From: Limisphaerales bacterium
Lineage (GTDB): Bacteria; Verrucomicrobiota; Verrucomicrobiia; Limisphaerales; AAA164-E04
Direction: 5' to 3'
Length of the DNA stretch: 64,000 nt
Assembly (NCBI GenBank): GCA_965204945.1
Contig: OZ242022.1
Coordinates: 3,797,591 to 3,861,590, forward strand
Every line of letters begins with the position of its first letter. Position 1 is the stretch's first letter. Shown here one piece after another: positions 28,426-38,310 of this stretch. A program made the position numbers and the translations under genes. Under the pieces are notes generated by a model. That model had not been told where the DNA came from and searched no databases. It was given only the letters and a program-made list of their open reading frames with translations.

Positions 28426-29517
28426 TCAAACTTCGAAAGGCAGATTTGAGACCGTGGCTTTATAGCGGGAGATTCCAGATTGCGTTTTGAGGTGGAGAGA
28501 CGTTCCCGGTTCCCAGAAGCCCCGTTTGACAAATGCCAACCCGATTGTTTGTTTCCCAGCGTCTGAGTAGGCCGCGCTGGTCAAGAATCCGACGGCCTTC
28601 TCTTCGGTGTTGAGAAGCGCGCCGGTTGCGCCGGAGAGATTGTCGTCGCAGGCCTCCAACACGACGCCGACAAGACGACGATTGATTTTTCCGACGCTCC
28701 GAATGCGGTTGATCACTTCCTGTCCGATGTAGCAACCTTTTGAGTAGCTGATTGTTTGCTCTTCCCGGCCAAGTTCCGGCGCGAGAATAGCGGGGGACAT
28801 GTCGATGGGATGCCGGGGAATTCCCGCTTCGATTCGGAGGATTTCCAAGCTGTTCCAACCGCAATGGCCGCCGCCGAGTCGCAAGGCTTGATCCAGCAGG
28901 CGCGCTTGGAGTTTTTCCAAGGATTTCCGGGGGACGAAAACATCGTAACCGTCGCTTCCCGTGCGCGGATGCTTGGCGAAGTAGCATTCGCCGATGGCCG
29001 GGATGGTTTTGCGGAGGACGTTGCGCAGATTTTGCGGTTCGCGCGCGGTGTCGACGTCCAAAGATTTTAGAAGATTATTAGAAAAGGGGCCTTGAATCGA
29101 GAGCATCCCAAAATGAGGGGCGGCGTCTACAATTTCGACGTCGTCGGCAACCATGAATTTTTGAAAGCGCGCTGTGAGAGGTTTGGCGGTTCCCGGCTCC
29201 AAATCCAGCAGAATTTCTTCCGGCAGGCGGTAAATGGAGGCGTCGCCTTGAAGGATTCCTTTGCGGTTGGTGATTAGGGTGTAACAACCGGCGCCTTCTG
29301 CCAGCCTAGCGACGTCGTTGGTCACCTGGCCGTTTAGAAAGCGGTGACGATCTTCGCCCAGCAAGCAAAGTCGTCCGCGGGAAGAAAGATCCAAAACGCC
29401 CACGCAATCCCGCAAGCGTTTTGCCTCGCTGCGCGTCGATCCGTAGTCCAGAATGATCTCAACGCCGTTCAGTTTGCCGAAGTTTGGGGCGTTGTTCTGT
29501 TGTTTGTCTTGGGTCAT
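28426..29517 (-). CDS. folate-binding GcvT/YgfZ-family protein (aminomethyltransferase-like)
   Basis: GcvT-fold blocks include GRLCLLGEDRHRFLNGQVTNDV and KGCYIGQEVINR. The start was trimmed to ATG 29517 (MTQDKQQ...). The upstream 108 codons of the track ORF are low-complexity and run into the divergent gene's upstream region. Confidence 0.7.
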   Translation of the reverse strand: MTQDKQQNNAPNFGKLNGVEIILDYGSTRSEAKRLRDCVGVLDLSSRGRLCLLGEDRHRFLNGQVTNDVARLAEGAGCYTLITNRKGILQGDASIYRLPEEILLDLEPGTAKPLTARFQKFMVADDVEIVDAAPHFGMLSIQGPFSNNLLKSLDVDTAREPQNLRNVLRKTIPAIGECYFAKHPRTGSDGYDVFVPRKSLEKLQARLLDQALRLGGGHCGWNSLEILRIEAGIPRHPIDMSPAILAPELGREEQTISYSKGCYIGQEVINRIRSVGKINRRLVGVVLEACDDNLSGATGALLNTEEKAVGFLTSAAYSDAGKQTIGLAFVKRGFWEPGTSLHLKTQSGISRYKATVSNLPFEV

Positions 29518-29689
29518 GATTTTGGCGCCGGGCGCGATCGGTTCCTTTTTCCAAATACTGGACGTTTGCCGAAGACAAGGCAACGGTGGATTTGGAGACG
29601 ATTTTGGAGATAATAATTGTTCATTGGGAAATGAGGAAGCAGCTCTTTCGATTGTGATTTCGGTTCCCCTGCGGCTAAACTCCTTCGCT

Positions 29690-32158
29690 ATGAATCTTGA
29701 ATCCCGAGTTTTTTGCTTGGCTTTGTTCGTATGGTTGGGAGGTGTTGCGTTTTGTTGCGGCGCCTCAGACGTTTCTTTGCCCGATCCGTTCGCCGGGGAG
29801 ATTGATTTTGGCCGGGACATCGCGCCGATTCTTGAGTCCAAGTGCGTGAAATGTCATGGGAAGGGCAATAAGAAAGGAGGGTTTAACTTGGACAGCCGGG
29901 AGAAGATTCTGCAAGAGGCGGATTCCGGCCCCGCAATTCAATTGGGAAATAGCGCAGAGAGCTATCTCGTGCAACTGGTGGCGGGAGTGGATCCGGACAA
30001 CGTAATGCCGCAAAAGGGTTCGCGGTTGACGGAGAAGGAAGTCGGATTGATTCGGACGTGGATTGATCGGGGGTTGCCTTGGGAGGAAGGTATCCGTTTT
30101 TCCAAAAAGCCCTCTTTGAATCTCAAGCCCAATCGTCCGGCCATTCCAAAGAAGGGAAACGGCTTTACACAAGGAAACCCCGTGGACGCGTTTATGTCGG
30201 CCTACTTTGAGAGGGAGGGGTTTGTTCCTCCTAATTCGGTGGATGATCGCACTTATGCCAGACGGGTTTATTTGGATGCCGTTGGGTTGCTTCCTTCGGT
30301 GGAAGAGTTGAAGGCGTTTATTGCCGATCGCAGCTTTGACAAACGGCGGCGCTTGGTGGAGCGTCTGTTGGAAGACAAACAGAACTATGCCGAACACTGG
30401 TTGACTTTTTGGAATGACTTATTGAGGAACGACTATCGCGGAACTGGCTTTATCGACGGCGGGCGAAAGCAGATATCGGCTTGGCTGTATCAAGCGCTGG
30501 CAGACAACCAGCCTTATGACATGTTTGTGCGAAGCCTGATCACCGAAGCGCCCGGCGCAGAAGGATTCCTCAAAGGAATTATCTGGCGCGGCGTTGTTAA
30601 CGCCAGCCAAACCCCCAACATGCAGGCAGCCCAAAATGTGAGTCAGGTTTTTCTGGGAGTTAATTTGAAGTGCGCTTCCTGCCACGACAGTTTCATCAAC
30701 GATTGGAATCTGGAGGATGCCTATGGAATGGCGGGAATCTTTGCGGAAGAGCCTTTGGAAATATTTCAATGCGACAAGCCTACGGGGAAAACTTCCCAAG
30801 CAAAATTCCTGCATCCCAATCTGGGAACGATGGACGCGAAAATGCCGCGCAAAGAGCGCATGAAGACATTGGCAACCATAATGACCAGTCGGGAAAACGG
30901 CCGTCTGAGCCGAACCATCGTCAACCGATTGTGGGCGAAGTTCTTCGGACGCGGCCTGGTGCCAACGCTGGACGATATGGAGCAACCATCCTGGCATCCC
31001 GATCTGTTGGATTGGCTGGCTGCGGACTTGGCGGATCATGCCTACGATTTGAAGCATACCATGTCTTTGTTGCTTACTTCTCAAACGTACCAACTGCCCT
31101 CTTTGCCGTCCCCAGAACGCACGGAAACCGCAGAAGTGTTTCGCGGGCCGCTGATACGTCGGATGACGGCGGAGCAATTTGTGGACGCTTTGGGTTCGTT
31201 TACGGGGAGGGGCTTCCAAACTCCCGCCAACGACGAGATTGATTTGAGCGCCGGCCTCCCAATTGACCGCATCCATTTCCTGCGGGAACAGACTCGCAAA
31301 GCCCATTGGATTTCGGCGCCGGCAAACGATGGCAACAAAACAGAGACCGCGTTTTTTCGAAAGCGCTTTCAAACGGACGGCCCAATGGCCGACGCCTACA
31401 TTGCCGCCGCCGATTCGTTCCATTTATTCGTCAACGGAAAACTAGCGGGAAAAGGAAAGGGACAAACAAAAGTATTCCGGTTTGATCTTCAAAATTACCT
31501 TGCGGCGGGATCGAATCTGATTGCGCTAAAAGTCGCCCGTTCCGAAGAACAAACAAAGCCGGCGGCAGTATTTGCTTTGCTTCGCCTGGCGCAGGGCAAG
31601 CAGAGCAAAGAGAAATTCCGATATTTAGGCTCCAACGACACTTGGATTTGCCATACCGAATCTTCGCCCGGCTGGGAAAAGGAAAATTTAGAAACCTTGG
31701 ATTGGAACCGGGCGGCAGAACTGGGAGACGCTCGCAGAGGCCCGGCAAATATCGAGCCGCGGTTGATCGCCAAAATCAGCGCCGCCGATCAATTCGGCGC
31801 AATCCGCGCTTCTTTGGCGACCGCGGATGCTTTGACTCGCGCTCTTGGGCGGCCGAACCGCGAGCAAGTAGTAACCGAACGCGCTTCCACCGCAACGACG
31901 CTCCAAGCTCTTGAATTGACAAACGGGAACACATTGGCGGAGAAACTTTCCGCCATCGCAAGCGATTTGATCGCCCAAAAAATGAGACAGCCCCAAAAAA
32001 TAGTTGAACACCTGTTTGGGGTCGGCTTGGGACGAGCGCCTTCCCAATCCGAAATGAAAGCCTGCGCCGCCTTTTTCCGCGAAGGCCTTACCCAAAACAC
32101 AGTCGAAGACTTTCTTTGGACCGTCATAATGTTGCCCGAATTTCAACTTGTCTTGTAA
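29690..32158 (+). CDS. PSCyt1 (planctomycete cytochrome c-like) / DUF1549 / DUF1553 domain protein
   Basis: The signal peptide is MNLESRVFCLALFVWLGGVAFCCG, with a CxxCH site CVKCHGKGNKKGGFNLDS. CASCHDSFINDW is DUF1549-type, and the C-terminal end PEFQLV is typical of DUF1553. Confidence 0.8.
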   Translation: MNLESRVFCLALFVWLGGVAFCCGASDVSLPDPFAGEIDFGRDIAPILESKCVKCHGKGNKKGGFNLDSREKILQEADSGPAIQLGNSAESYLVQLVAGVDPDNVMPQKGSRLTEKEVGLIRTWIDRGLPWEEGIRFSKKPSLNLKPNRPAIPKKGNGFTQGNPVDAFMSAYFEREGFVPPNSVDDRTYARRVYLDAVGLLPSVEELKAFIADRSFDKRRRLVERLLEDKQNYAEHWLTFWNDLLRNDYRGTGFIDGGRKQISAWLYQALADNQPYDMFVRSLITEAPGAEGFLKGIIWRGVVNASQTPNMQAAQNVSQVFLGVNLKCASCHDSFINDWNLEDAYGMAGIFAEEPLEIFQCDKPTGKTSQAKFLHPNLGTMDAKMPRKERMKTLATIMTSRENGRLSRTIVNRLWAKFFGRGLVPTLDDMEQPSWHPDLLDWLAADLADHAYDLKHTMSLLLTSQTYQLPSLPSPERTETAEVFRGPLIRRMTAEQFVDALGSFTGRGFQTPANDEIDLSAGLPIDRIHFLREQTRKAHWISAPANDGNKTETAFFRKRFQTDGPMADAYIAAADSFHLFVNGKLAGKGKGQTKVFRFDLQNYLAAGSNLIALKVARSEEQTKPAAVFALLRLAQGKQSKEKFRYLGSNDTWICHTESSPGWEKENLETLDWNRAAELGDARRGPANIEPRLIAKISAADQFGAIRASLATADALTRALGRPNREQVVTERASTATTLQALELTNGNTLAEKLSAIASDLIAQKMRQPQKIVEHLFGVGLGRAPSQSEMKACAAFFREGLTQNTVEDFLWTVIMLPEFQLVL

Positions 32159-32239
32159 ATTTATTCCTCTACAAGCGAACGTCTCGCGCCAATTCCTCGA
32201 AGAGCCTTGTCTTCCGCAAACCGCCAGCCAGATTGCCCG

Positions 32240-33364
32240 CTATTTTGCGAACGGAACATTTGGCGGGCGCTTTTGGATCAAAACGGAGAAAGATCGGCCA
32301 AAGTGGTCTGGATGAATCAAGGATTGAAGTTGGCGAATCCTGGACGAAGTGAGGACGTCTGCCAGCCTTCCGTCTTTTGAGAGACGGCGAAGAATGTCCG
32401 TCAAAAACTTTTCTTGAGGCTGAATGCCCACGGTTTCCAACCCCTTTGATTGACCGGCTTCTAGAAGGGCGGTGTAATTTACATGGCTAGTCAAGTCTTG
32501 TTGCCCTGGATTTTCAAGCAAATTCAAGGTTTGTCGATGCTGGGAATAGGCGCGAAGCGTTCCTTGACGCCGGCAAGGCGCGAAGAATTCTTGAGCTGCA
32601 AGGCCGTAATCAATGGTGAACAAATAACCGACGGCAAGACGGGAGGCCGCTTGCCTCCACCAATGCGAGGCCGCAACGCTAACCTCCGTGGTAAATCCGT
32701 CCGGGAGATGCTCAAAAATCTCCTCAGAGAATTCCTCTCCCAAGCCGGCCGCAAGACTAGAAAACGTCTCAGGCAAAATGCACCAATGCAAATTCCCCTC
32801 CTTCGCAGTCACCCCCCATCGCCGCCAAATTCGCTTGACCGCGTCCCAACAAACGCGTTCCACCGGAAAGGCGTCCAGCAATTCGTTAGAAAAAATGACG
32901 CCCGAAATGCTTCTTCGACGGCATTCTTCCCAAGATTTCATCCACTCCACCTTGGAAGAATGCCGTTCCAGCCGGCGGTTCTGGCGGCATCTCCGGGTTT
33001 CCGACGGTTCCATAATAAGATACCTGACCCTTTCGTAAGTTTGAGGATGGTGTCTTCGGCAGTGATTTAGGATATCGCAAGCCAACCGGCCGTCATGAGC
33101 GCCGGCCTCAACCCAGATCGGGCATTCGTCGACTTGTTCTTTCGTCCACCGCCGCAATTGCTCGCAAAGAAGCGCGCCAAACAAATCGCCCACGCTTACG
33201 CTGGTGATGAAATCGCCGGATTTGCCAATCCGATCTTCGGCCTCGTAATAACCGTGCAGAGGATGATAAAGAGCCAATTCCATAAATTGAGCCGTCGAAA
33301 TCGGCCCTTGCCGGGCAACGGTCTCGGCGATAATCGACTTCAATCTGCCATCCTCGCTCTGCAT
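32240..33364 (-). CDS. class I SAM-dependent methyltransferase, MidA/NDUFAF7-like (DUF185)
   Basis: YYEAEDRIGKSGDFITSVSVGDLFG and the WVEAGAHDGRLA (SAM-binding loop) blocks match my recollection of the MidA family. Confidence 0.65.
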   Translation of the reverse strand: MQSEDGRLKSIIAETVARQGPISTAQFMELALYHPLHGYYEAEDRIGKSGDFITSVSVGDLFGALLCEQLRRWTKEQVDECPIWVEAGAHDGRLACDILNHCRRHHPQTYERVRYLIMEPSETRRCRQNRRLERHSSKVEWMKSWEECRRRSISGVIFSNELLDAFPVERVCWDAVKRIWRRWGVTAKEGNLHWCILPETFSSLAAGLGEEFSEEIFEHLPDGFTTEVSVAASHWWRQAASRLAVGYLFTIDYGLAAQEFFAPCRRQGTLRAYSQHRQTLNLLENPGQQDLTSHVNYTALLEAGQSKGLETVGIQPQEKFLTDILRRLSKDGRLADVLTSSRIRQLQSLIHPDHFGRSFSVLIQKRPPNVPFAK

Positions 33365-33573
33365 CCTTCCGCATTCCTTAATCGATTCGGTTCATAAACC
33401 AAAGCATCCATCTATTCAATGAGGAGTCAACGGCCACTTTTTTTGCGGGCAAAAACAAAAAAACACAGCGAACAAATTTTGGCGGCAACGCAAACCGTTT
33501 CGGCAAAAAAAGCGCGGAAAAATTCGGGGAAAAATGATTCGGCAACGAAAAAGCTCAAATAACAAAGGAAAAT

Positions 33574-33729
33574 GGCTTCAAAAAAAATCGAAAAAATCGA
33601 AAAAAAGTGTTGCCAAAGCATTGGAAATTTGATTTAAAAGTTCCCGTCGATGAAACGGCTTCAAAAAAAATCGAAAAAAAGGTTGACTTTGGGGTTGTTT
33701 TTGCCGAAATTGATCGCGCACACGATAAT
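33574..33729 (+). promoter_or_regulatory. A-tract-rich duplicated promoter region upstream of the 33744 operon
   Basis: The direct repeat GGCTTCAAAAAAAATCGAAAAAA occurs at 33574-33596 and 33657-33679. Each copy is followed by a -35-like box (TTGCCA at 33610, TTGACT at 33683). Candidate -10 boxes are TTTAAA (33633), GAAATT (33706) and GATAAT (33724). Confidence 0.3.
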
Positions 33730-33743
33730 CAGATAATAGACAA

Positions 33744-34373
33744 ATGAGAACAAAAACGTTACTTATCGCGGCTGTGGTGGGTGCAGTGAGCATGGCTACT
33801 GCCTTGGCACAGGAAGTAACCTCGGTGAACGCCGTTGGTTACGTAAACAAGGAACTGGCTCCCGGATTCAACTTGATCTCGAATCCGCTGAGCAACGGAG
33901 ACAACGCGCTCGCCGATGTGATTCCTAGTCCTCCGGATGGCTCGGTAGTCTACCTGTTCCAAAACGGGCAGTGGGTGTCGTCCGCTTTCGACAGTCTTAT
34001 TGGAGGTTGGGCAACGCCTCTGAATCTTCCGGTTGGCGTTGGCTTCTTCTTCAACAACAAAGGAAACGAGGCCGTCACGGTCACGTTTGTCGGAGAAGTA
34101 TTGCAGGGAGATGATACCAACAAGACGGTTCCCGAAGGTTTGAGCATCCAAGGCTCCTTGGTGCCTCAAGAAGGCGCGCTGACGACCGACCTCCAATTTC
34201 CGGGAGCAGACGGCGACGTCGTCTATTCGTGGGTCAACGGCTCTTGGGCTACGGCCTCATTCTCTTCCTTAGTAGGTGGATGGTCGCCAGAACCCAGTTT
34301 GACCGTCGGCGGCGCAGTTTTCGTTGACAAATCTGCGGAAGCGGAATGGGATCGGAATTTCACAATCAACTAA
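33744..34373 (+). CDS. secreted protein with internal two-fold repeat, unknown function
   Basis: The signal peptide is MRTKTLLIAAVVGAVSMATALAQ. Two related modules are present (VVYLFQNGQWVSSAFDSLIGGW and VVYSWVNGSWATASFSSLVGGW). Confidence 0.6.
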   Translation: MRTKTLLIAAVVGAVSMATALAQEVTSVNAVGYVNKELAPGFNLISNPLSNGDNALADVIPSPPDGSVVYLFQNGQWVSSAFDSLIGGWATPLNLPVGVGFFFNNKGNEAVTVTFVGEVLQGDDTNKTVPEGLSIQGSLVPQEGALTTDLQFPGADGDVVYSWVNGSWATASFSSLVGGWSPEPSLTVGGAVFVDKSAEAEWDRNFTIN

Positions 34374-34419
34374 CTTTTCAATTCGAAACAAACAACAAAA
34401 CTAGATACATTAACTCGAC

Positions 34420-34902
34420 ATGAAGAAACTACTGTTTGCTACATTTTGTGTTGTGGTTGCTTTGAGTGCTAATGCTCAAGGAACTCTCGACTTTAACAAC
34501 ATTCCGTCTCGGGCTCAGGTGAGCGGACCTGACGGGGTTCTCGGAGAGGGCTTTACCGCTCAATTGCAATTGACAGATGGAACCAATGTTGGGGCTCCGG
34601 TGAATTTCATCGTCAATCCAACTACCGGTGCCGCCACCGGCCTTTTCAATGGAGGCTCTCGCACCATTGAAAATGTTGCGGGGCCCGGTCCGGTGAACTT
34701 GCAGGTTTTCGTCACCAATGCGGATGGAAGCCTCTTTGGAACGTCAGCTCCTTTCTCTCAACCGTTGGGAGGCCATGGAGATCCTCCTGCCACTCCCGGT
34801 GCTCTTGCGATGCAGTCGTTCACCGTGGTTCCTGAGCCTTCCACGATTCTGTTGACGATTCTTGGCGGCGGAGCGTTGTTGATGTTGCGTCGGCGCAAGT
34901 AA
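34420..34902 (+). CDS. PEP-CTERM sorting-domain protein (distinct family from the poly-G paralogs)
   Basis: It has a signal peptide and the C-terminal VPEPSTILLTILGGGALLMLRRRK (PEP motif, TM, basic tail). Confidence 0.75.
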   Translation: MKKLLFATFCVVVALSANAQGTLDFNNIPSRAQVSGPDGVLGEGFTAQLQLTDGTNVGAPVNFIVNPTTGAATGLFNGGSRTIENVAGPGPVNLQVFVTNADGSLFGTSAPFSQPLGGHGDPPATPGALAMQSFTVVPEPSTILLTILGGGALLMLRRRK

Positions 34903-34930
34903 CGCGGCACTCCCAATTGATTTCCAGTTC

Positions 34931-34961
34931 GGCCGTCCTTTTTGAAGGACGGTCTTTTTTT
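34931..34961 (+). terminator. rho-independent terminator
   Basis: The 8-bp stem CCGTCCTT/AAGGACGG has loop TTTG and is followed by TCTTTTTTT. Confidence 0.75.
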
Positions 34962-35018
34962 ATTTTCTTCGAGGAGTTGACGAAAGTTGGATAGGAAATG
35001 TAAATTCTTCAGATCCGA

Positions 35019-35093
35019 GGCGCGTTCGTCTATCGGTCAGGACACGGCCCTCTCAAGGCCGAGAGACGGGTTCGATTCCCGTACGCGCTGCCA
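35019..35093 (+). tRNA. tRNA-Glu (anticodon CUC), CCA encoded
   Basis: Manual cloverleaf: acceptor GGCGCGT/ACGCGCT (G1-U72 wobble), D stem GTCT/GGAC, anticodon stem CGGCC/GGCCG with loop CTCTCAA, T arm ACGGG-TTCGATT-CCCGT, discriminator G and CCA. Total length is 75 nt. Confidence 0.85.
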
Positions 35094-35102
35094 TATTACT
35101 TC

Positions 35103-35519
35103 GTGGAGATGACGCCGTTTCAGATTATATTCAATCCTTTGAGCGCCAAAGAACTTGCCGGGATGCCCAAGAACCTTCAGTTGAGCATCATGGGAGATTT
35201 TCGGGGTTTTCCTCAAGATATGCGGTCGGTAGATATGGATCGCTTTGGGAAGCTCGAGCGGAACGGAAAAAAACTATATCGATACCGCTTGGGTGATTAT
35301 CGGGTTTATTTTGAACGAAACGAGCTTGGAATTGTGATTCATCGGATTTTGAACCGAAACACGCTCAAGGATTTTTTGTTTCGGTCGAGTCTGCCAACGG
35401 GAGAAGATGAAGCATTAGAGCAAAACCCGAAATTCTGGGATTTAATAGAAGCCAAAAAGTTGCGAAAAATTTCCCGGACGGAAAGAAAGTCGTTGCCGGG
35501 TGGTTCCAGAAAGCGGTGA
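35103..35519 (+). CDS. RelE/ParE-family toxin-like protein with ~50-aa C-terminal extension
   Basis: KLYRYRLGDYRVYFERNELGIVIHRILNR matches the RelE/ParE core signature (R-x-G-D-Y-R-hydrophobic-x-Y ... hydrophobic strand ... R). The start is GTG 35103 or ATG 35109. Confidence 0.55.
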   Translation: MEMTPFQIIFNPLSAKELAGMPKNLQLSIMGDFRGFPQDMRSVDMDRFGKLERNGKKLYRYRLGDYRVYFERNELGIVIHRILNRNTLKDFLFRSSLPTGEDEALEQNPKFWDLIEAKKLRKISRTERKSLPGGSRKR

Positions 35520-35590
35520 TAAATCCCTTCGCGCTTCTTTTAGGATTGCGCCATCCAAAGCGGAGTCGCGCGAGGGAAATTCTGAGAAAG

Positions 35591-36217
35591 TCACTTGAGT
35601 TCTTCTCCCAACTCCACGTTCCAATAAGCAACGTCCAGAAAGTGCTTCCAGCTGGAGTGGTTGTGTGTCTTGAGGTTGACTTGCATAAAGGGTCGCCATT
35701 TGGGTTGCGTTGGCTTTCGGATCAGCTTCATGTTGGCTTCCCGCGGCGTTCGATTCGCTTTTTTTGCATTGCAGGGGATGCAGGAGCAGACAATGTTTTC
35801 CCAATGAGTTGCTCCTCCTTTTTCGCGGGGGACGACGTGGTCTAAGTTTAAATCTTTTCGCTCGAAAACCGCGCCGCAATACTGGCAGGTGTTCTTATCT
35901 CGCTCGAAGATGTTGTGGCGGGTGAATTTGACTTCTTTTTTTGGAAATCGGTCAAACATAACTAGAAGGATCACTTGCGGGATGCGGATGCGAAAAGAGA
36001 CGGTGTGGATGTGGTTTTCTTTTGTCTCTTGTCGGGAAAACGAGCGCCACTGGCAGAAGTCAAAGGTCTGGAAACTTCCTTCCGCATCTTGATAGACCAC
36101 TTGAGCGCGGCCTTCAAAAAGCAAAGTTAACGCTCGTTTGGCAGTGCAAATATTGACTGCCTGCCACAATCGGTTCAACACCAACACCGGACTTTGTAGT
36201 AAAATGGAAGGTCTCAT
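35591..36217 (-). CDS. HNH endonuclease family protein
   Basis: The HNH motif reads CQYCGAVFERKDLNLDHVVPREKGGATHWENIVCSCIPCNAKK. Confidence 0.8.
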   Translation of the reverse strand: MRPSILLQSPVLVLNRLWQAVNICTAKRALTLLFEGRAQVVYQDAEGSFQTFDFCQWRSFSRQETKENHIHTVSFRIRIPQVILLVMFDRFPKKEVKFTRHNIFERDKNTCQYCGAVFERKDLNLDHVVPREKGGATHWENIVCSCIPCNAKKANRTPREANMKLIRKPTQPKWRPFMQVNLKTHNHSSWKHFLDVAYWNVELGEELK

Positions 36218-36379
36218 TGGACTGCGATGAGCGAAATCATTATCATAAACGGCAAGGATTCGTCAAATGAAACGACACTCACTGTAAAGATTTGAGTGGC
36301 AAAAATTTCTCGCTTTTGACTTTCTTAACTTATAGCCTTCAGGAATCTGTGGATTAGAATCCTCAATTGATTTGGGAAA

Positions 36380-38233
36380 ATGAAAAATTGCTTTCGAAAA
36401 TTGCTGTTTGTTCTTCTGTTGATATTCGGCGGCTCTGGAAATGCTTCGGAGGTCGGCGAGGAGTATGTGTCTATTTACAGACTGATTAACAAGGGCGACG
36501 AAGCTCTGGATGCCGGGCTCCGAAGCGAGGCGGCGGAATTCTACAATGACGCTCGCCAAAATCTGGTTGATTTCAAGGACAACTATCCGTCTTGGAACCG
36601 CCAAGTCATCCATTTTCGGCTCAAATACCTGGATGAAAAACTGGCGAACCTGCCGCCGGTAGATGATTTCTCTTCGATCTTGCCCATTGCCGATGATGGC
36701 GCTTCGGCTTCTGAATCAGACGGAGTTCCGTCTTCGGATCTAAACAAGCAAACGAAACTGCTTGAAGGGCAGTTAGCGGCCGCCAACGAACAATTGCGCC
36801 AACTGACGACCGACAACGCTTTGTTGTTGTCAAAATTGAGAGAGGCCATGTCTGCCCGACCGGCGGATTTGAACCCGGCCGAATTCCAAAAAGCCAAAAC
36901 CAAGATATTGGAACTGGAGAAGGAAAAAGAACTTATCGAAGTACATTTGCAAAAGGCAACTGAATCCAACGCCAAGAGCGAGCAACCGAAAGAGGAATCA
37001 TTGACGATTTCGCACTCCGACTTGATGGAGAGAATAAAGCGAATGCAGAACGAGAACGAAATTCTTAAACAGAGCGCCAGCCAATTTATTCAAGAATCCG
37101 AAGCCGCATCCACCGCCTCGCTCCAAAGACAGAACCAGACGCTTTTACGAGAAAGAGAAAAGCTGCGGCAACAATTGGCGGATGCCGAATCTGCAAACAA
37201 AAGAGATTTGACGCAAAGCGAACCGGCTCAGGCCTCCCCGCCAAGCGGCAGCGATTCAGAACAAACAATTCAGGAGTTAGAAAAGGAAAACGGCGATCTT
37301 CGCGTTGCTAATGAAGCGCTGATGCAAGAGAATGCCATCCTCAAAAAGGCCGCCGCAAAAACGGTTTCTCCCGTCGAGCTAAATGCCTCCGTGTTCGAGG
37401 CGCGGATTCAGTCGTTGGAAAAGGAGAAAAATGATCTTCAGGCGCAACTGACCAAAGCTCGCCGAACGCAACCTCGAGAAAAACGAAGATGGTTGCCGAG
37501 AATCGGCCGCCAAGGGCCTCAAGAAGTCAATTTTTTAGAAGCCCGCCTTGCCGTCTTCGAAGCGGAAAAAGAGCCTTATACCGCAGAAGAGCTAGCGTTG
37601 CTTGGCGACGATTGGGATGTTGCGTCCGTTTCGGAAAAAGCGGACTCAATCTCGATTGAGGACGCGCAGATTTCACCGGAGCTGGTGCAGTTAGAGTCCT
37701 CCGCTCGCGCCGCGGCCCGAGAAGGACGGTTTGACGAAGCCGAGAGCCAGTTTCGCGAGATTCTCCAATTGGTTCCCAATCATGCGCCGAGCTTAGCCAG
37801 CTTGGCCTTGACGCAAATGAAGCAACAGAAATTTGAGGAAGCGCAAACCAACTTGGAGACTTCTCTTGAGTTATCTCCGGAAAATTCGTACGCCTTGTTT
37901 CTCATGGGGCTTTTGAAAGTTAGTCAGGAACGTTACGACGATGCCGTGACGTTTCTCAGCCGGGCAACGGTTTTGGATCCAGACGACGCCGAAGCCCAGA
38001 ACTATTTGGGAGTGGCCTTGGCTGAAGTGGGGCATCGCAGTCCGGCGGAAACAGCCTTGCGAAAAGCCATTCGGTTGCGGCCGCAATACACGGATGCGCA
38101 CATCAACCTAGCCATTGTTTACGCCTCGCAAAGCCCGCCCTTCAAAGCATTGGCCAAGCATCATTACCAAAAAGCGATCAACGCCGGACATCCTCCCGTT
38201 CCCCGGATTGAGCAGTTGTTGAACCAAAACTAA
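36380..38233 (+). CDS. secreted coiled-coil / TPR-repeat protein
   Basis: The signal peptide is MKNCFRKLLFVLLLIFGGSGNA. A long Q/E/L-rich coiled-coil centre is followed by C-terminal TPR-like repeats (AEAQNYLGVALAEVGH..., YTDAHINLAIVY). Confidence 0.75.
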   Translation: MKNCFRKLLFVLLLIFGGSGNASEVGEEYVSIYRLINKGDEALDAGLRSEAAEFYNDARQNLVDFKDNYPSWNRQVIHFRLKYLDEKLANLPPVDDFSSILPIADDGASASESDGVPSSDLNKQTKLLEGQLAAANEQLRQLTTDNALLLSKLREAMSARPADLNPAEFQKAKTKILELEKEKELIEVHLQKATESNAKSEQPKEESLTISHSDLMERIKRMQNENEILKQSASQFIQESEAASTASLQRQNQTLLREREKLRQQLADAESANKRDLTQSEPAQASPPSGSDSEQTIQELEKENGDLRVANEALMQENAILKKAAAKTVSPVELNASVFEARIQSLEKEKNDLQAQLTKARRTQPREKRRWLPRIGRQGPQEVNFLEARLAVFEAEKEPYTAEELALLGDDWDVASVSEKADSISIEDAQISPELVQLESSARAAAREGRFDEAESQFREILQLVPNHAPSLASLALTQMKQQKFEEAQTNLETSLELSPENSYALFLMGLLKVSQERYDDAVTFLSRATVLDPDDAEAQNYLGVALAEVGHRSPAETALRKAIRLRPQYTDAHINLAIVYASQSPPFKALAKHHYQKAINAGHPPVPRIEQLLNQN

Positions 38234-38310
38234 GCCAATTTCGGATTGTTTACCTTGGCGAACTGCATAAGTTCTTTGGCGTCGAATCCAGAATTCCTTA
38301 CAGGCAGGTT

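Noticed and set aside
30419-31423. 334-aa minus-strand ORF inside the PSCyt/DUF1549/DUF1553 gene
   Set aside because: It is antisense to a gene with clear family motifs and has no features of its own.
33721-33740. GATAATcaGATAAT just upstream of ATG 33744 as a possible Fur box (a fur gene is in the window)
   Set aside because: The two hexamers are separated by 2 nt, and there is no third or inverted hexamer. It does not fit the contiguous 19-bp Fur consensus and may just be a -10-like box.
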